Positions 38,914-47,857 of a DNA stretch of 64,000 nucleotides are shown one piece after another (positions within the stretch are counted from its first letter, which is position 1; every line of letters starts with the position of its first letter). The DNA is taken from positions 17,738-81,737 of IMG/VR virus record IMGVR_UViG_3300044738_000005; one strand, written 5' to 3'. Source of the stretch: a virus (lineage: Duplodnaviria > Caudoviricetes). Made by a program: the position numbers and the translations under genes. Under the pieces are notes generated by a model. It searched no databases and was not told the DNA's origin. It worked only from the letters and a program-made list of their open reading frames with translations.

Positions 38914-39107
38914 CAGCTTGTGATCTCCACAGCCGCGAAGTCCCGCAGGATGACCGTGCGGTGGCCCTGCTCGTCCGAGTGTCCGAGGTTGAGCACCGAC
39001 CCGTAGGACTCGTTGTTGACGACGGACACGTGATCGACCTCAGTGAAATCGACCTTGGTGCCGTTGGTCGTGATGACCGACACGTCCACGAGGTTGTCGA
39101 GGATCAT
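38913..39107 (-). CDS. Hypothetical protein
   Basis: 64-aa beta-rich coupled ORF. Confidence 0.5.
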   Translation of the reverse strand: MILDNLVDVSVITTNGTKVDFTEVDHVSVVNNESYGSVLNLGHSDEQGHRTVILRDFAAVEITS

Positions 39108-39403
39108 GCGGCCACCGCCTGAGCGCGCTTCGCCTGGCGGGCGAGCCTACGGGCGACGATGCGGCCCTCGGGGGTGAGGTTCCAGATGGTCGCGCGGCGG
39201 CCGGACTTCGCGCGCTTGATGCCGACCGCGTGCAGCAGCCCCTTGAGGCCGAGTTCGTGGCGGCGCGTGCGGATGCCTGACGAGGACATGTCCACGTCCT
39301 CGACGTGGTGGACGTAGACCGCGAGGGCCACGTCGTCCATGGCTCCGAAGGCGCGGAACGCCCGGAGTACGGCCTTCTGGCCGTCAGTGAGGTTGGGGGT
39401 CAT
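39104..39403 (-). CDS. Winged-helix DNA-binding protein
   Basis: LT..Q..VL; MSSSGIRTRRHEL..KGL....G......GR.A.IW.LT. Confidence 0.7.
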   Translation of the reverse strand: MTPNLTDGQKAVLRAFRAFGAMDDVALAVYVHHVEDVDMSSSGIRTRRHELGLKGLLHAVGIKRAKSGRRATIWNLTPEGRIVARRLARQAKRAQAVAA

Positions 39404-39515
39404 GGGGTTCCTCCTGTGTTGTTGGATGATGCGCTGCCGACCGGGCCTACACGCGGCGGACTCGTTGGTCCGTTTCCGCCCAACCCGACCTTTCCTCGGC
39501 CAGTCGGCTCCACCA

Positions 39516-39524
39516 AGTATAGCA
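39516..39524 (-). promoter_or_regulatory. Extended -10 promoter TGcTATACT
   Basis: Reverse complement of AGTATAGCA in the intergenic region upstream of 39403. Confidence 0.6.
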
Positions 39525-39544
39525 TCCGGCTCGAATGGGGCAGA

Positions 39545-39656
39545 CGAGCCACCTTACCTGGCCCCCTCTATAGGGGCCAGGAAAGTAAGGTGCTCGCAGC
39601 CGCGCCGTAGAGCCGAATCTGAAAGTACATTCGTCCCACTTGACTGCCGGCAGAAC
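39545..39656. repeat. Structured intergenic element, copy 1
   Basis: Long hairpin plus conserved tail; similar to 60262-60377. Confidence 0.8.
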
Positions 39657-39660
39657 AGCC

Positions 39661-39978
39661 TCATGTGGCCTTCTTCGGGTCGAATGCGGCGGCCTGCTTG
39701 ACGGGCGCTAGAGCGCCGCGCGACAGCGCCGTCCTGTCGGAGGCATCCTGAAGGCGACGGAAGGCGGGCGTCTGCTCCCACGCTGCCACGTCGGGCTGGC
39801 CGCCCAGGTCGATCTGGCGGGATAGCTCCGCGTTGCGCGCGAGCACGCAGGCGGTCTTGAGAACGCGCTGCGCGGCGGCCAGGGCGTCGATGGCCGCCTG
39901 GACGGCGACCTCTGCCGCTTCGTAGGGGGTCCCGTCCGCCTCGGAGGCGTCGGGGATCAGGATGATCTCGTCAGGCAT
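39661..39978 (-). CDS. Hypothetical protein
   Basis: GAAGGGAG RBS fused to the GAGCTATCC motif. Confidence 0.6.
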   Translation of the reverse strand: MPDEIILIPDASEADGTPYEAAEVAVQAAIDALAAAQRVLKTACVLARNAELSRQIDLGGQPDVAAWEQTPAFRRLQDASDRTALSRGALAPVKQAAAFDPKKAT

Positions 39979-40066
39979 GGATAGCTCCCTTCAGTGGCGG
40001 GCTTACGTCTAATCTGGGGTACATGGTAGCCCCTGCTCCCCACCGACGCAACCCGCATGTACGCGC

Positions 40067-40240
40067 ATGAAGGACTGGCCCCTTCGGCGCGACGTGGTGC
40101 TCTTCGTGGGCGGCCTGCTGGGGGTGCTTCACGAGACAGTCGGATCGCACTCCGAGCGTCCGACCCTGCTCATTCTCTTCGCGGCCATGATGGGCCTGCC
40201 TGCATTCCTGCAGAAGTCTGAGGGTGGTGACGACAAGTGA
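40067..40240 (+). CDS. Small two-TM membrane protein (holin-like)
   Basis: Read by eye: [24 protein letters not shown]...[17 protein letters not shown]. Confidence 0.6.
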   Translation: MKDWPLRRDVVLFVGGLLGVLHETVGSHSERPTLLILFAAMMGLPAFLQKSEGGDDK

Positions 40241-40362
40241 CCATTCCCCTTCTTCGACGCCTGACGAACGCCCGTGCCTGGGTTGACGGACATCCGCTCC
40301 TGCTCCCCTACATCGCCTTCGTGACCACGCTGATCCTCGTGGTAGAGTTGATCCGTCTATGA
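40237..40362 (+). CDS. Small single-TM protein
   Basis: GTGA overlap; [19 protein letters not shown]. Confidence 0.5.
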   Translation: MTIPLLRRLTNARAWVDGHPLLLPYIAFVTTLILVVELIRL

Positions 40363-40700
40363 TGGACCGATTCCCCTTCCTGGCGCGGTACGGCGCGGCA
40401 CTCGCGTTCGCGGTGCTGGCGTTCTTCGGCGGCTGGGCGATCAAGACAGCGGGCGATGCCAACGACCTCAAGATGCGAGACTCCCAGGTCTCCGGTTGCG
40501 TACGGACGAACGTGCTGCGCTCGACGCTGGCGGATTTCCTTGCCAGCGCGGCAAAGGCCCGACGCGACGAAGGCAACGAGGCGGTCGCTGTCTCGTACGA
40601 ACAGCAGCGCCTCCGCCTGGTCCGAGCGGTCCACCCCCAGTCCGACGATCCATACGGGCCAGTGGTAGTGAACTGCGACCGCGCGTTCCCGAAGCCATGA
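40359..40700 (+). CDS. Membrane-anchored protein with a Cys pair
   Basis: N-terminal TM; SGC..TN..R; C-terminal VNCD. Confidence 0.6.
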   Translation: MMDRFPFLARYGAALAFAVLAFFGGWAIKTAGDANDLKMRDSQVSGCVRTNVLRSTLADFLASAAKARRDEGNEAVAVSYEQQRLRLVRAVHPQSDDPYGPVVVNCDRAFPKP

Positions 40701-41107
40701 GGCAGTTCATCCGTGAGCGCAAGGAGGTCGGCACCGCCCAGGCCGCCAAGAACTTCGTCAATCGGCGGCATCTGCCGCTGCTTGGCTACCTGCTGCTGGC
40801 TGGGGCCTCGGCCTACTCGGTAGGCGCGGTGCGTCACGAGGCAACGACGCGGCGCGGCGACCTCCGGCAGGCGGCCGTGCAGGTCGTGCGTGACGGCTGC
40901 AAGCGTGACAACCAGACCCGCGCGCTGCTGCGCGGCATCCTGAAGTCCAGCATCCCGACGACCCAGCAGTTCGTCAGGGAGGGCACCCTGACGCAGGCCC
41001 AGGCCGACCGCTCCATCGAGGCCACCAAGGTCTCCCTCAAGCGGCTGCACGGCATCGACTGCGACAAGGCTGCGGAGCGGTTCAATGCGCTGGCGCGAGG
41101 CGACTAA
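40697..41107 (+). CDS. Membrane-anchored protein with a Cys pair
   Basis: ATGA overlap; [17 protein letters not shown]; DGC.R.N..R; C-terminal IDCD. Confidence 0.6.
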   Translation: MRQFIRERKEVGTAQAAKNFVNRRHLPLLGYLLLAGASAYSVGAVRHEATTRRGDLRQAAVQVVRDGCKRDNQTRALLRGILKSSIPTTQQFVREGTLTQAQADRSIEATKVSLKRLHGIDCDKAAERFNALARGD

Positions 41108-41555
41108 CCGCCGCCGCCTGCAGATCGCGGCGTACCTCTTCGTCACGGCGATGGCCATGATCGCCGCCGCCTCGATCTCAGCCAACCGCGTCGTGGAGCG
41201 CGTCGAGCCGCGCATCGAGAGGATCGAAGGCCTCGTAGGGCCAGCAGGACCCACAGGGCTCTCAGGAACTGCCGGCAAGACGGGAGGCCCTGGGACCCTA
41301 GGAGAACGCGGAAGGCCGGGAGAAGCCGGGGAACCGGGCTCTGACGGCGCTCCTGGCGTGCGTGGCCTACCTGGGGTTCCTGGCGGACGAGGACTACCCG
41401 GCGCACCTGGCCCTCGCGGTCCACAAGGAGCACGTGGCCCGGCGGGACCCAGGGGTGTACCCGGACCTGCAGGCCCGCCAGGTCCGCCGGGCGATCCCGG
41501 CGCGACCGTTGCGCAGGTCTTGGCGGCACTCTGCGCACGCTCACCTGTCTGCTAG
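41085..41555 (+). CDS. Membrane-anchored collagen-like protein
   Basis: TM helix then about 28 consecutive Gly-X-Y triplets; C-terminal LCARSPVC. Confidence 0.8.
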   Translation: MRWREATNRRRLQIAAYLFVTAMAMIAAASISANRVVERVEPRIERIEGLVGPAGPTGLSGTAGKTGGPGTLGERGRPGEAGEPGSDGAPGVRGLPGVPGGRGLPGAPGPRGPQGARGPAGPRGVPGPAGPPGPPGDPGATVAQVLAALCARSPVC

Positions 41556-42246
41556 CCAGATGTAGACCAGCGTGAGGCCGAGGATCAGGCCCACGAGGCT
41601 GCCGAGCGCACCGAGCAGCGAGGGCGAAGCTCCGGCTGACTGCGCCGCCAGGCCGACGAGGACCGCCCCGACGACCAGCAAGATGCTGGCGACGAGGCGG
41701 CCCACGAAGGAGGTCATCGGTAGGTGCTGCGCCCGGCCCGCTCGACCCCGGCGTGTAGCAGCGCGTCGAACACGTAGCCGCTGACTCGCTTGAAGTCATC
41801 GGCCGTGTGGAGGCCGATGGACGAGTAGTCCCAGCGGCCCACGTCTGCCTTGATGGCAGCAGCGGACTTGTCTCCGACGTGCCCTACGAGAGCCCGAAGC
41901 TGCTGGGCTTCCTCGTAGGACATGTCGAGCACGACGCGCTTGGGCGGCGGCGGAGCCGGGTCAGCGCGCTCGACCGTCGCCTTCATCAGGCGAGCCCCGC
42001 GAACATGAGCCCGACGCCGTACACCAGCACCGTGAGGGACACCGGCAGGAACACGAGCACGAGGGCGCGAACGCTCCCGCTGCGCGATTCCAGCTTGAGG
42101 TCCACGGCCTCGGAGGCCAGCATCACCAGCAGCGCGAGAGCGCCCCGCTGGAACTGCGTCCCGCCGAACGTCCCGAGGGCGACAAGCGCCGCCAGGACGA
42201 ACAGCGGGATAGCTGCCAGATTGAGTGTGTAGACCGGCCTGCTCAC
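41541..42246 (-). other. Three small ORFs (41541-41717 membrane, 41714-41986, 41986-42246 membrane)
   Basis: Coupled starts and stops; hydrophobic segments. Confidence 0.5.
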
Positions 42247-42653
42247 GGGGTCGGGGCGTGGTCCTTGTCGCCCGTCACGAGGTCGAGGTCAGGCACGATG
42301 GACTCGGGCCGGAAGATGATCTTCGTCCGGTACTCCGACACGTCCAGACCGTTCGGCTGCGTCACGATGTAGGACACGTTGTCCGCCAGGCCCAGGAAGT
42401 GCTTGCGGTAGTCGTCCGGGCCGTGCTTACAGATCACCTGCAACTCGTCGCCCGGCCGCTCGATGGAGCAGCGGCCCTCGACCTCGAACAGCACCTTGTC
42501 GGTGATGTTGTTGACGACGAGGATGTCGCGCTGGACGTTGAACTTCTCAGCCTCCTTGGAGAGGTTCTCCGACACCGTGTCGGCGTTGGAGCCGCACGCG
42601 CTGACCACGAGGGCCAGCGCGGCGACGATCCCGATGACGATGCGGCGCATCAC
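42243..42653 (-). CDS. Phage lipoprotein
   Basis: Signal peptide with lipobox LVVSAC; S.NLS..A..F.V.R.I..VN.ITD..L..VEG.CSI pattern. Confidence 0.75.
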   Translation of the reverse strand: MMRRIVIGIVAALALVVSACGSNADTVSENLSKEAEKFNVQRDILVVNNITDKVLFEVEGRCSIERPGDELQVICKHGPDDYRKHFLGLADNVSYIVTQPNGLDVSEYRTKIIFRPESIVPDLDLVTGDKDHAPTP

Positions 42654-43135
42654 GACAGCGACTCGATGGCGCGGTCGAACCAGGCCAGGATGCTCGCCTG
42701 GTCCTGATCGGCGGCGTCGTTGTAGCCGTAGATGATCGCCGTCGCCGTACGCGACGCGGCGGCCTTCTTACCGTCCGGGCGGGGGTAGCTGCTGCCGAAG
42801 TGCGCGTTGGGGATCGCGTCCACGAGCGCGGCCTCGGCCGCGTCGAGGGCGTCGCTCTCCGACACCACGTCGCGCGGGTAGCGGATCGGCTTCAGCGCCG
42901 TCGAGCCGTAGGACTGGCTCGGGTCGAGGGCCAGCGAGAGCGCGCCCGTCGCGCAGGCGCGACCGGCGTAGTCGAGAAGCTGACCGGAGACCCAGCCACG
43001 CTGCGCGAGCGTGTTGCGGGCGGCGACGAGCAGGTTGCGTCCGGCCTCGCGCCGGGTCAGGTCGGTGATCAGCGTGTCAAGCTGGTCACGGGCAGCCTGA
43101 AGGGCTGCCAGGGCAGGGCTGGTGGGGTTGGTCAT
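42650..43135 (-). CDS. Hypothetical protein
   Basis: L..RGW..G......G..C..GAL and YND motifs. Confidence 0.55.
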   Translation of the reverse strand: MTNPTSPALAALQAARDQLDTLITDLTRREAGRNLLVAARNTLAQRGWVSGQLLDYAGRACATGALSLALDPSQSYGSTALKPIRYPRDVVSESDALDAAEAALVDAIPNAHFGSSYPRPDGKKAAASRTATAIIYGYNDAADQDQASILAWFDRAIESLS

Positions 43136-43262
43136 GGTGGGTCCTCCTATCGTGCGGTGTACGGGGCCAACGCCGCGATCACGATGAACGTGATCACAGC
43201 GATGGAGAGCGCCAGCGCCACGTAGCGAACCACGTGGCGCTGGCGAGCGCGACGACCGTGCG

Positions 43263-43958
43263 TCATCCGGTGACGACGATCACGTCGCCGTGGATGCGGT
43301 CGGTGCGGAAGCGACGGAAGCCGCCGGAGTCGAGGTCCTCGCCCTCGATGTACTCGGAGTCAGCCTGGCCGACCTCGACGCGCCGCTGCCGGGGGAAGCT
43401 GTCGGCCTCGCCCTGGTAGAGGAACGTGACGGTCGTGCCGTACTCGACGGCCTCGGGATCGACGGTCTCGATCTCCGGCTTGGGCTCGGCCTCGACGCGC
43501 GTGAGGCTGCGCGGCAGGTGGCCATCCTGCGAGCCCGAGAGCGTGCCGTCCGACAGCACGCGCTGGATCGGGACCCAGCGGTCCTCGATGCCGTGTACGG
43601 CGTTGGGATCGCGCTTGACGACCTCCCAGACGCTGCCGAAGGGGTCCTTCACGCGCTCGCCGACCTTGAAGCCGTGGTAGCTCTCCGGCTCGGTCTCCGG
43701 CTCGGTGCTCGGGTCGAGGGCCGTGAACAGGTCACGGACGGCGGTAAGCGCCTGGCCCGCGAGGGTGTCGTCCTCGACGGAGGCCGCCAGGATGGACAGC
43801 GCGACCTTGCGCGCGACGGGAGGCGTGAAGCCGACCTGGGCCTGGTCCTCGTTCTCGATGACGGTGACGAACACCGTGTTGTCTCGGTCGAGGCCGATGC
43901 GGGACACTTCCAGCGTGTCGCCGTAGTTGTCCTTGAACTCTTCGTTGAACTCTGTCAT
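43263..43958 (-). CDS. Multidomain protein with C-terminal WYL-like domain
   Basis: VTFLY......RQRRVE.......YIEG.D...GGFRRFRTDRI. Confidence 0.55.
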   Translation of the reverse strand: MTEFNEEFKDNYGDTLEVSRIGLDRDNTVFVTVIENEDQAQVGFTPPVARKVALSILAASVEDDTLAGQALTAVRDLFTALDPSTEPETEPESYHGFKVGERVKDPFGSVWEVVKRDPNAVHGIEDRWVPIQRVLSDGTLSGSQDGHLPRSLTRVEAEPKPEIETVDPEAVEYGTTVTFLYQGEADSFPRQRRVEVGQADSEYIEGEDLDSGGFRRFRTDRIHGDVIVVTG

Positions 43959-43974
43959 GGGAGTACCTCCTGCC

Positions 43975-45613
43975 CTACCGGGCGTCCTTGTTGGCGATCA
44001 TGCCCGTGAGGGCGTCGATCTCTTGCTCGCGCTTGGCCGACTTGTTGTCGGCACCGGCGATCTTGCGGTCTCGGCGGATGCGGTCGATGTTCAGCGGGCA
44101 CTCTTCCCACTCGCCCGCGTTGCGGATGGTGAAGCTAGTCCGGCCGGGCTCGCGCACGTGCAGGACGGGCTCGCCGTTGGTGGTTCCGCGCCGGATGCGC
44201 AGGTGGCCGTGGGACTTGGCGATGTCACGCGCGAGCTTGGCCGCCTTGACGACGGGAGTGTCGAGCGTGTGCCTCTTCTGGGTTCGGATCATGTGGATGC
44301 CTCCTTGGGGGTGGATAGCTCCGAAGGAGCCTAGCAGGTTGGGCCGGGGATGGAAGGTCCGCCACCTGACCGCTGATCTGCGGCCAGGGGCATGAGGTCT
44401 TGCGCAGCCTGAGCGAGCCGGGACGCGCCGTCCATGACGCGCTGAAGCGCCTCCTGACGCGCTGCCTCGCACCGTTCAGCGGTGGCCAGACCTTCGTCTA
44501 GATCGCCCTCGCGGCTCTGGTCCCACTCGTCGGCCTCGGCGAGCGCCTCGGCCAGGGGGTGCAGCGCCCCGGCCAGCAGGTCGTGCGCGAGTTCCAGCCT
44601 CTCATAGTCAGGGCAGGGGGTGCCGTTGGGGTAGGCCATCAGAGATCGAACAAGTGGTTGGAGCCGTCTTGACAAGTGACGATGCCGTCGTCCTGCCGGT
44701 CGGTAGCGAGCATGATGTTCGCCGTACCGCCGCGCTCGGCGCAGGTCTTGTCGGCGTTGCGCTGGATGCGCGGGCCGAGGTTGTGCAGCCAGGACTGGTT
44801 GGCCTGGAAGCCCTCGCAGCCGCTCACCAGAATGGTGAGCGGTACTAGCGCCACGAGAAGCCACTTGCGGGAGGTCATCGGTCATCCTCGATCCGGTTGT
44901 TATGGCAGATCGCCACCACGCCGAGGCCGACGAGGAAGGCGTCGGAGCCGGTGGGCACGTCGAGAATCAGATGGACCCCGACGTAATAGGACACCACGTC
45001 GATGGCAGTCATCAGCGCGTTGGCGATGACCAGCGCGATCCGGTCGGAGGCTGTGCGGCGCTTCATCGCTTGACTCCATCGACCATCGTGACTTCGATGC
45101 CCTTAGGGGGCGCGAGGTTGAAGATGGCCCAGCCGCCCAGGTGGGTGCCGCCGGTGCTTACGTGGCCCCAAGGACCGCGCTCCACGGGGATTCCCATGGA
45201 GGCCACGAGAACGCGCGTGGCCCCAAAGGCATCAGGGTACTCAGCCAGGAAGGAGTCCAGAGCCTCCTGGGGGTTCCGACCCCGGTACTTGCTACCGAGG
45301 CCGCCCTTGTTGTCGGCGTTCGTGCGGTCCATGTCCCAGATGCAGAACTGGTGCGTCATCGCACGATCACTCGGCCGTTGGCCTTGACCAGCGTGGCGGA
45401 CCACTCCCGGTCGGCGTAGGGATCAGGGCCGCAGACCTCGATCTCGTCGCCCTCTTCCAGCGATGTTGCCGGCAGATTGGGAGCGAGGCCGAAGTGCTCG
45501 GTGTCCTCGATCTCGACCTGGCGCGCGTCCTCATGCACGGCCCGCTTCAGGGCCGCCTTGGAGGGGGCGCGCTCGCCGTCGATGAAGATGCCCGCGAGGG
45601 TGCCCTCGGTCAT
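43975..45613 (-). other. Small ORFs (43975-44292, 44331-44639, 44639-44878 lipobox LVSGC, 44875-45066 membrane, 45063-45359, 45356-45613)
   Basis: Coupled ORFs; TGcTAGGCT promoter upstream of 44292. Confidence 0.5.
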
Positions 45614-45906
45614 CGCAGAACCTCGGAGACAGGCACGATGGAGGCCACGCGGCGGGCGACGATGCGCCCGACGTACGATCCGACATCGTGGAAGCTGTCG
45701 CCCTTGGCGATCAGCACGATGCCGCCTACCACGTCCTGGTCCTGGGGGCGGTAGGGGCTGAGGCGCTGCTCGGTTCGCACGTCGTAGACGTTGTTGCCGA
45801 CCGACGTGACGATGTAGCGGTTCCTACGGGGCGGTGTGACCGTGAACGGCTGGCCCGCATCGTAGGCGGCCTCCTGCTCGGGCGTGAGGGTGAGCGTGCG
45901 CGTCAT
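45610..45906 (-). CDS. TPEQ-family paralogue 1
   Basis: MTRTLTLTPEQEAAYDAGQPFTV...RYIV...NVYDV. Confidence 0.7.
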   Translation of the reverse strand: MTRTLTLTPEQEAAYDAGQPFTVTPPRRNRYIVTSVGNNVYDVRTEQRLSPYRPQDQDVVGGIVLIAKGDSFHDVGSYVGRIVARRVASIVPVSEVLR

Positions 45907-46256
45907 CCGACGACCTCCACGATCTGCGCGTTGTGGCCGACCTCGTAGGGGGCCAGCCCCTTCTTGCGCGTGTGGGAGTCGAAGCGCATGGCGAAGCGCG
46001 TGACGGAAGTGCTCACCGACTCGCACTCGATGACGGCTCCATCCTCGTTGCGCTTGATCTTGACGAGCCCGGCGAGCGTGGCCGGGCAGCCGCAGTCGTC
46101 AGGGCCGAGGTAGTCGCCTCGGGCGCAGCGGGTGGTTGTCCGGCCGACCTCGCGCAGGGCTTCCTGCTGGTCAGTGGAGAGGCCAGGGCTCACGTTGGAG
46201 CCCTCGCGGATGCCGTCCTCGATGGCGGCCTGGAACTCGGAGCGGGAGAGGCGCAT
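45903..46256 (-). CDS. Hypothetical protein (GCPATLAG motif)
   Basis: 117-aa coupled ORF. Confidence 0.55.
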   Translation of the reverse strand: MRLSRSEFQAAIEDGIREGSNVSPGLSTDQQEALREVGRTTTRCARGDYLGPDDCGCPATLAGLVKIKRNEDGAVIECESVSTSVTRFAMRFDSHTRKKGLAPYEVGHNAQIVEVVG

Positions 46257-46558
46257 CAGGCCTTGTCCTCCGAGAGCAGGGTGATCGACTTGATGGTCGG
46301 GTAGGCGTTGCGCCGGACGGTGCCAGGACTGCGGCGCGAGTCAGACTCGCTGTGGGTTGCCGCGATGACCGTGGACGTGTCCAGCATGATCGTCTTGCCC
46401 GGCGCTAGCGCCGAGAGGTCGTCCGTGGTCGTGTAGTCGTACACGATGCCGGACTTGGCGACGATGATGTAGCGCCGTGTCCGCTTGCGGATCGTGACAG
46501 GCTGGCCTGCCTCGTAGGCGCGCTCCTGCTCGGGGGTGAGAGTGATCGTGCGGGGCAT
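46256..46558 (-). CDS. TPEQ-family paralogue 2
   Basis: MPRTITLTPEQERAYEAGQPVTI...RYIIV...IVYDY. Confidence 0.7.
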   Translation of the reverse strand: MPRTITLTPEQERAYEAGQPVTIRKRTRRYIIVAKSGIVYDYTTTDDLSALAPGKTIMLDTSTVIAATHSESDSRRSPGTVRRNAYPTIKSITLLSEDKA

Positions 46559-46896
46559 CAGACCTCGACCTCGCGCGTAGCGTAGACGATGCAGCTTCCG
46601 CCGAAGCCCGCCATTGTGCCCGTCTGTCCGACACGCAGGCCGCCGCCGCTCGGAGCCTTGATGATCGTGTAGCGGCCGTTGGCGGCGGCCGGACCATGGG
46701 AAGCGCCAATGAGGTAGCGGTTGTCACGTTCGCGGAGGATCGCGCCCGTCACGTCGTAGACGTAGCGGCCGTCCTGGCTGACGCAGATCAGGTCGTAGAC
46801 CTTGACGGTCTCACGAGGGCGAGGCGGAACGAGCGTGATCGGCTCGCCTGCCGCGTAGGCACTCTGCTGTTCAGGAGTGATGGTGATGGTGGGCAT
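46558..46896 (-). CDS. TPEQ-family paralogue 3
   Basis: MPTITITPEQQSAYAAGEPITL...YVYDV; GAAAGGA RBS. Confidence 0.7.
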   Translation of the reverse strand: MPTITITPEQQSAYAAGEPITLVPPRPRETVKVYDLICVSQDGRYVYDVTGAILRERDNRYLIGASHGPAAANGRYTIIKAPSGGGLRVGQTGTMAGFGGSCIVYATREVEV

Positions 46897-46926
46897 GGGG
46901 ATGGGTCCTTTCGTAGATGGGGGTGG

Positions 46927-46956
46927 TGGGGCGCTAGGCGTAATACTAGCGCCCCA
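46927..46956 (-). promoter_or_regulatory. 11-bp perfect hairpin upstream of an RBS
   Basis: TGGGGCGCTAG-gcgtaata-CTAGCGCCCCA. Confidence 0.6.
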
Positions 46957-46974
46957 GGGTCCTTCGGCGGCTGA

Positions 46975-47829
46975 CTACCAGGCCTCGCCGTCGCCCCACT
47001 CGTTGTCGTCGTCCTCGTCGCAGACCGACGTGTCGATGACCGACGTGATCGGGGCGTCGATGACCTCGGCGACCTTGTAGCGGCAGACGCGAATCTTCTC
47101 GCCGCCCGCGTGGCCGGGGACCGACACCACGTCGCGCGGGTTGACGATGACCTTGAGCATCGCGCCCTGCGCCCACCCACCGGCGTACTCGTAGGTGCCC
47201 ACGTGGAGCCCCTGGGAGCAGGCGGTGGCCGGGTCGTGGACGACCTCGGAGCGCGGCATCGTGATCACATCGCCGACCGCGTTGGGGATGCGGCCCTTGA
47301 CCGGCTGGCCGTTGACGATGGCCCGGCCGGAGTGGATCGACAGGAGCTTGTCGCCGTCGCGGCCGACGCCCTTGTAGGCCACGATCTGGCCGTCCGGGGT
47401 GATGGTCACGCCCTCGCGGGCGTTGAGCCAGTCGTACAACTGCTCCCGCGAGTGTGCCAGCGGGTTCTGCTGGACGTTCTCGAAGAAGTGCACGAGCGGC
47501 CGCCAGTCCTCGACGCCCTCGTCCATGAAGCGCAGGATCGTGCGCGTCAGCGACGAGTCGATCTCGTCACCGTCGAAGAACACGTGGCCTGACTGGACCG
47601 TGACGCGCTCCGACAGGTCGCGGAACTTGGCCTGGACGGCCCGGCCCACGTCGAAGAGGCCCCGGAAGTCCTCGGCGTCGATGGGGTCCTCGTCGCCCTT
47701 GAGCAGCGCGACGATGCGCTCGTAGTTGGGGTGCGACGAGTGAGCAGCGAGCGGCATGGGATCGCCGGGGATGAAGGCGACGACGTTGCTCTCGCCCTCT
47801 CCGCTGCCGATGATGGTGTGCTGGTACAT
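46975..47829 (-). CDS. rIIB-like protein
   Basis: F.EN...NP...S.EQLY.WL; ITPDG..VAYKGV; MPRSEV..DP...CS.GLHVG; VNPRDVVSVP; RVCRYKV. Confidence 0.85.
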   Translation of the reverse strand: MYQHTIIGSGEGESNVVAFIPGDPMPLAAHSSHPNYERIVALLKGDEDPIDAEDFRGLFDVGRAVQAKFRDLSERVTVQSGHVFFDGDEIDSSLTRTILRFMDEGVEDWRPLVHFFENVQQNPLAHSREQLYDWLNAREGVTITPDGQIVAYKGVGRDGDKLLSIHSGRAIVNGQPVKGRIPNAVGDVITMPRSEVVHDPATACSQGLHVGTYEYAGGWAQGAMLKVIVNPRDVVSVPGHAGGEKIRVCRYKVAEVIDAPITSVIDTSVCDEDDDNEWGDGEAW

Positions 47830-47857
47830 GGTGGGGGTCCTTTCGTCGGGGATAGCT

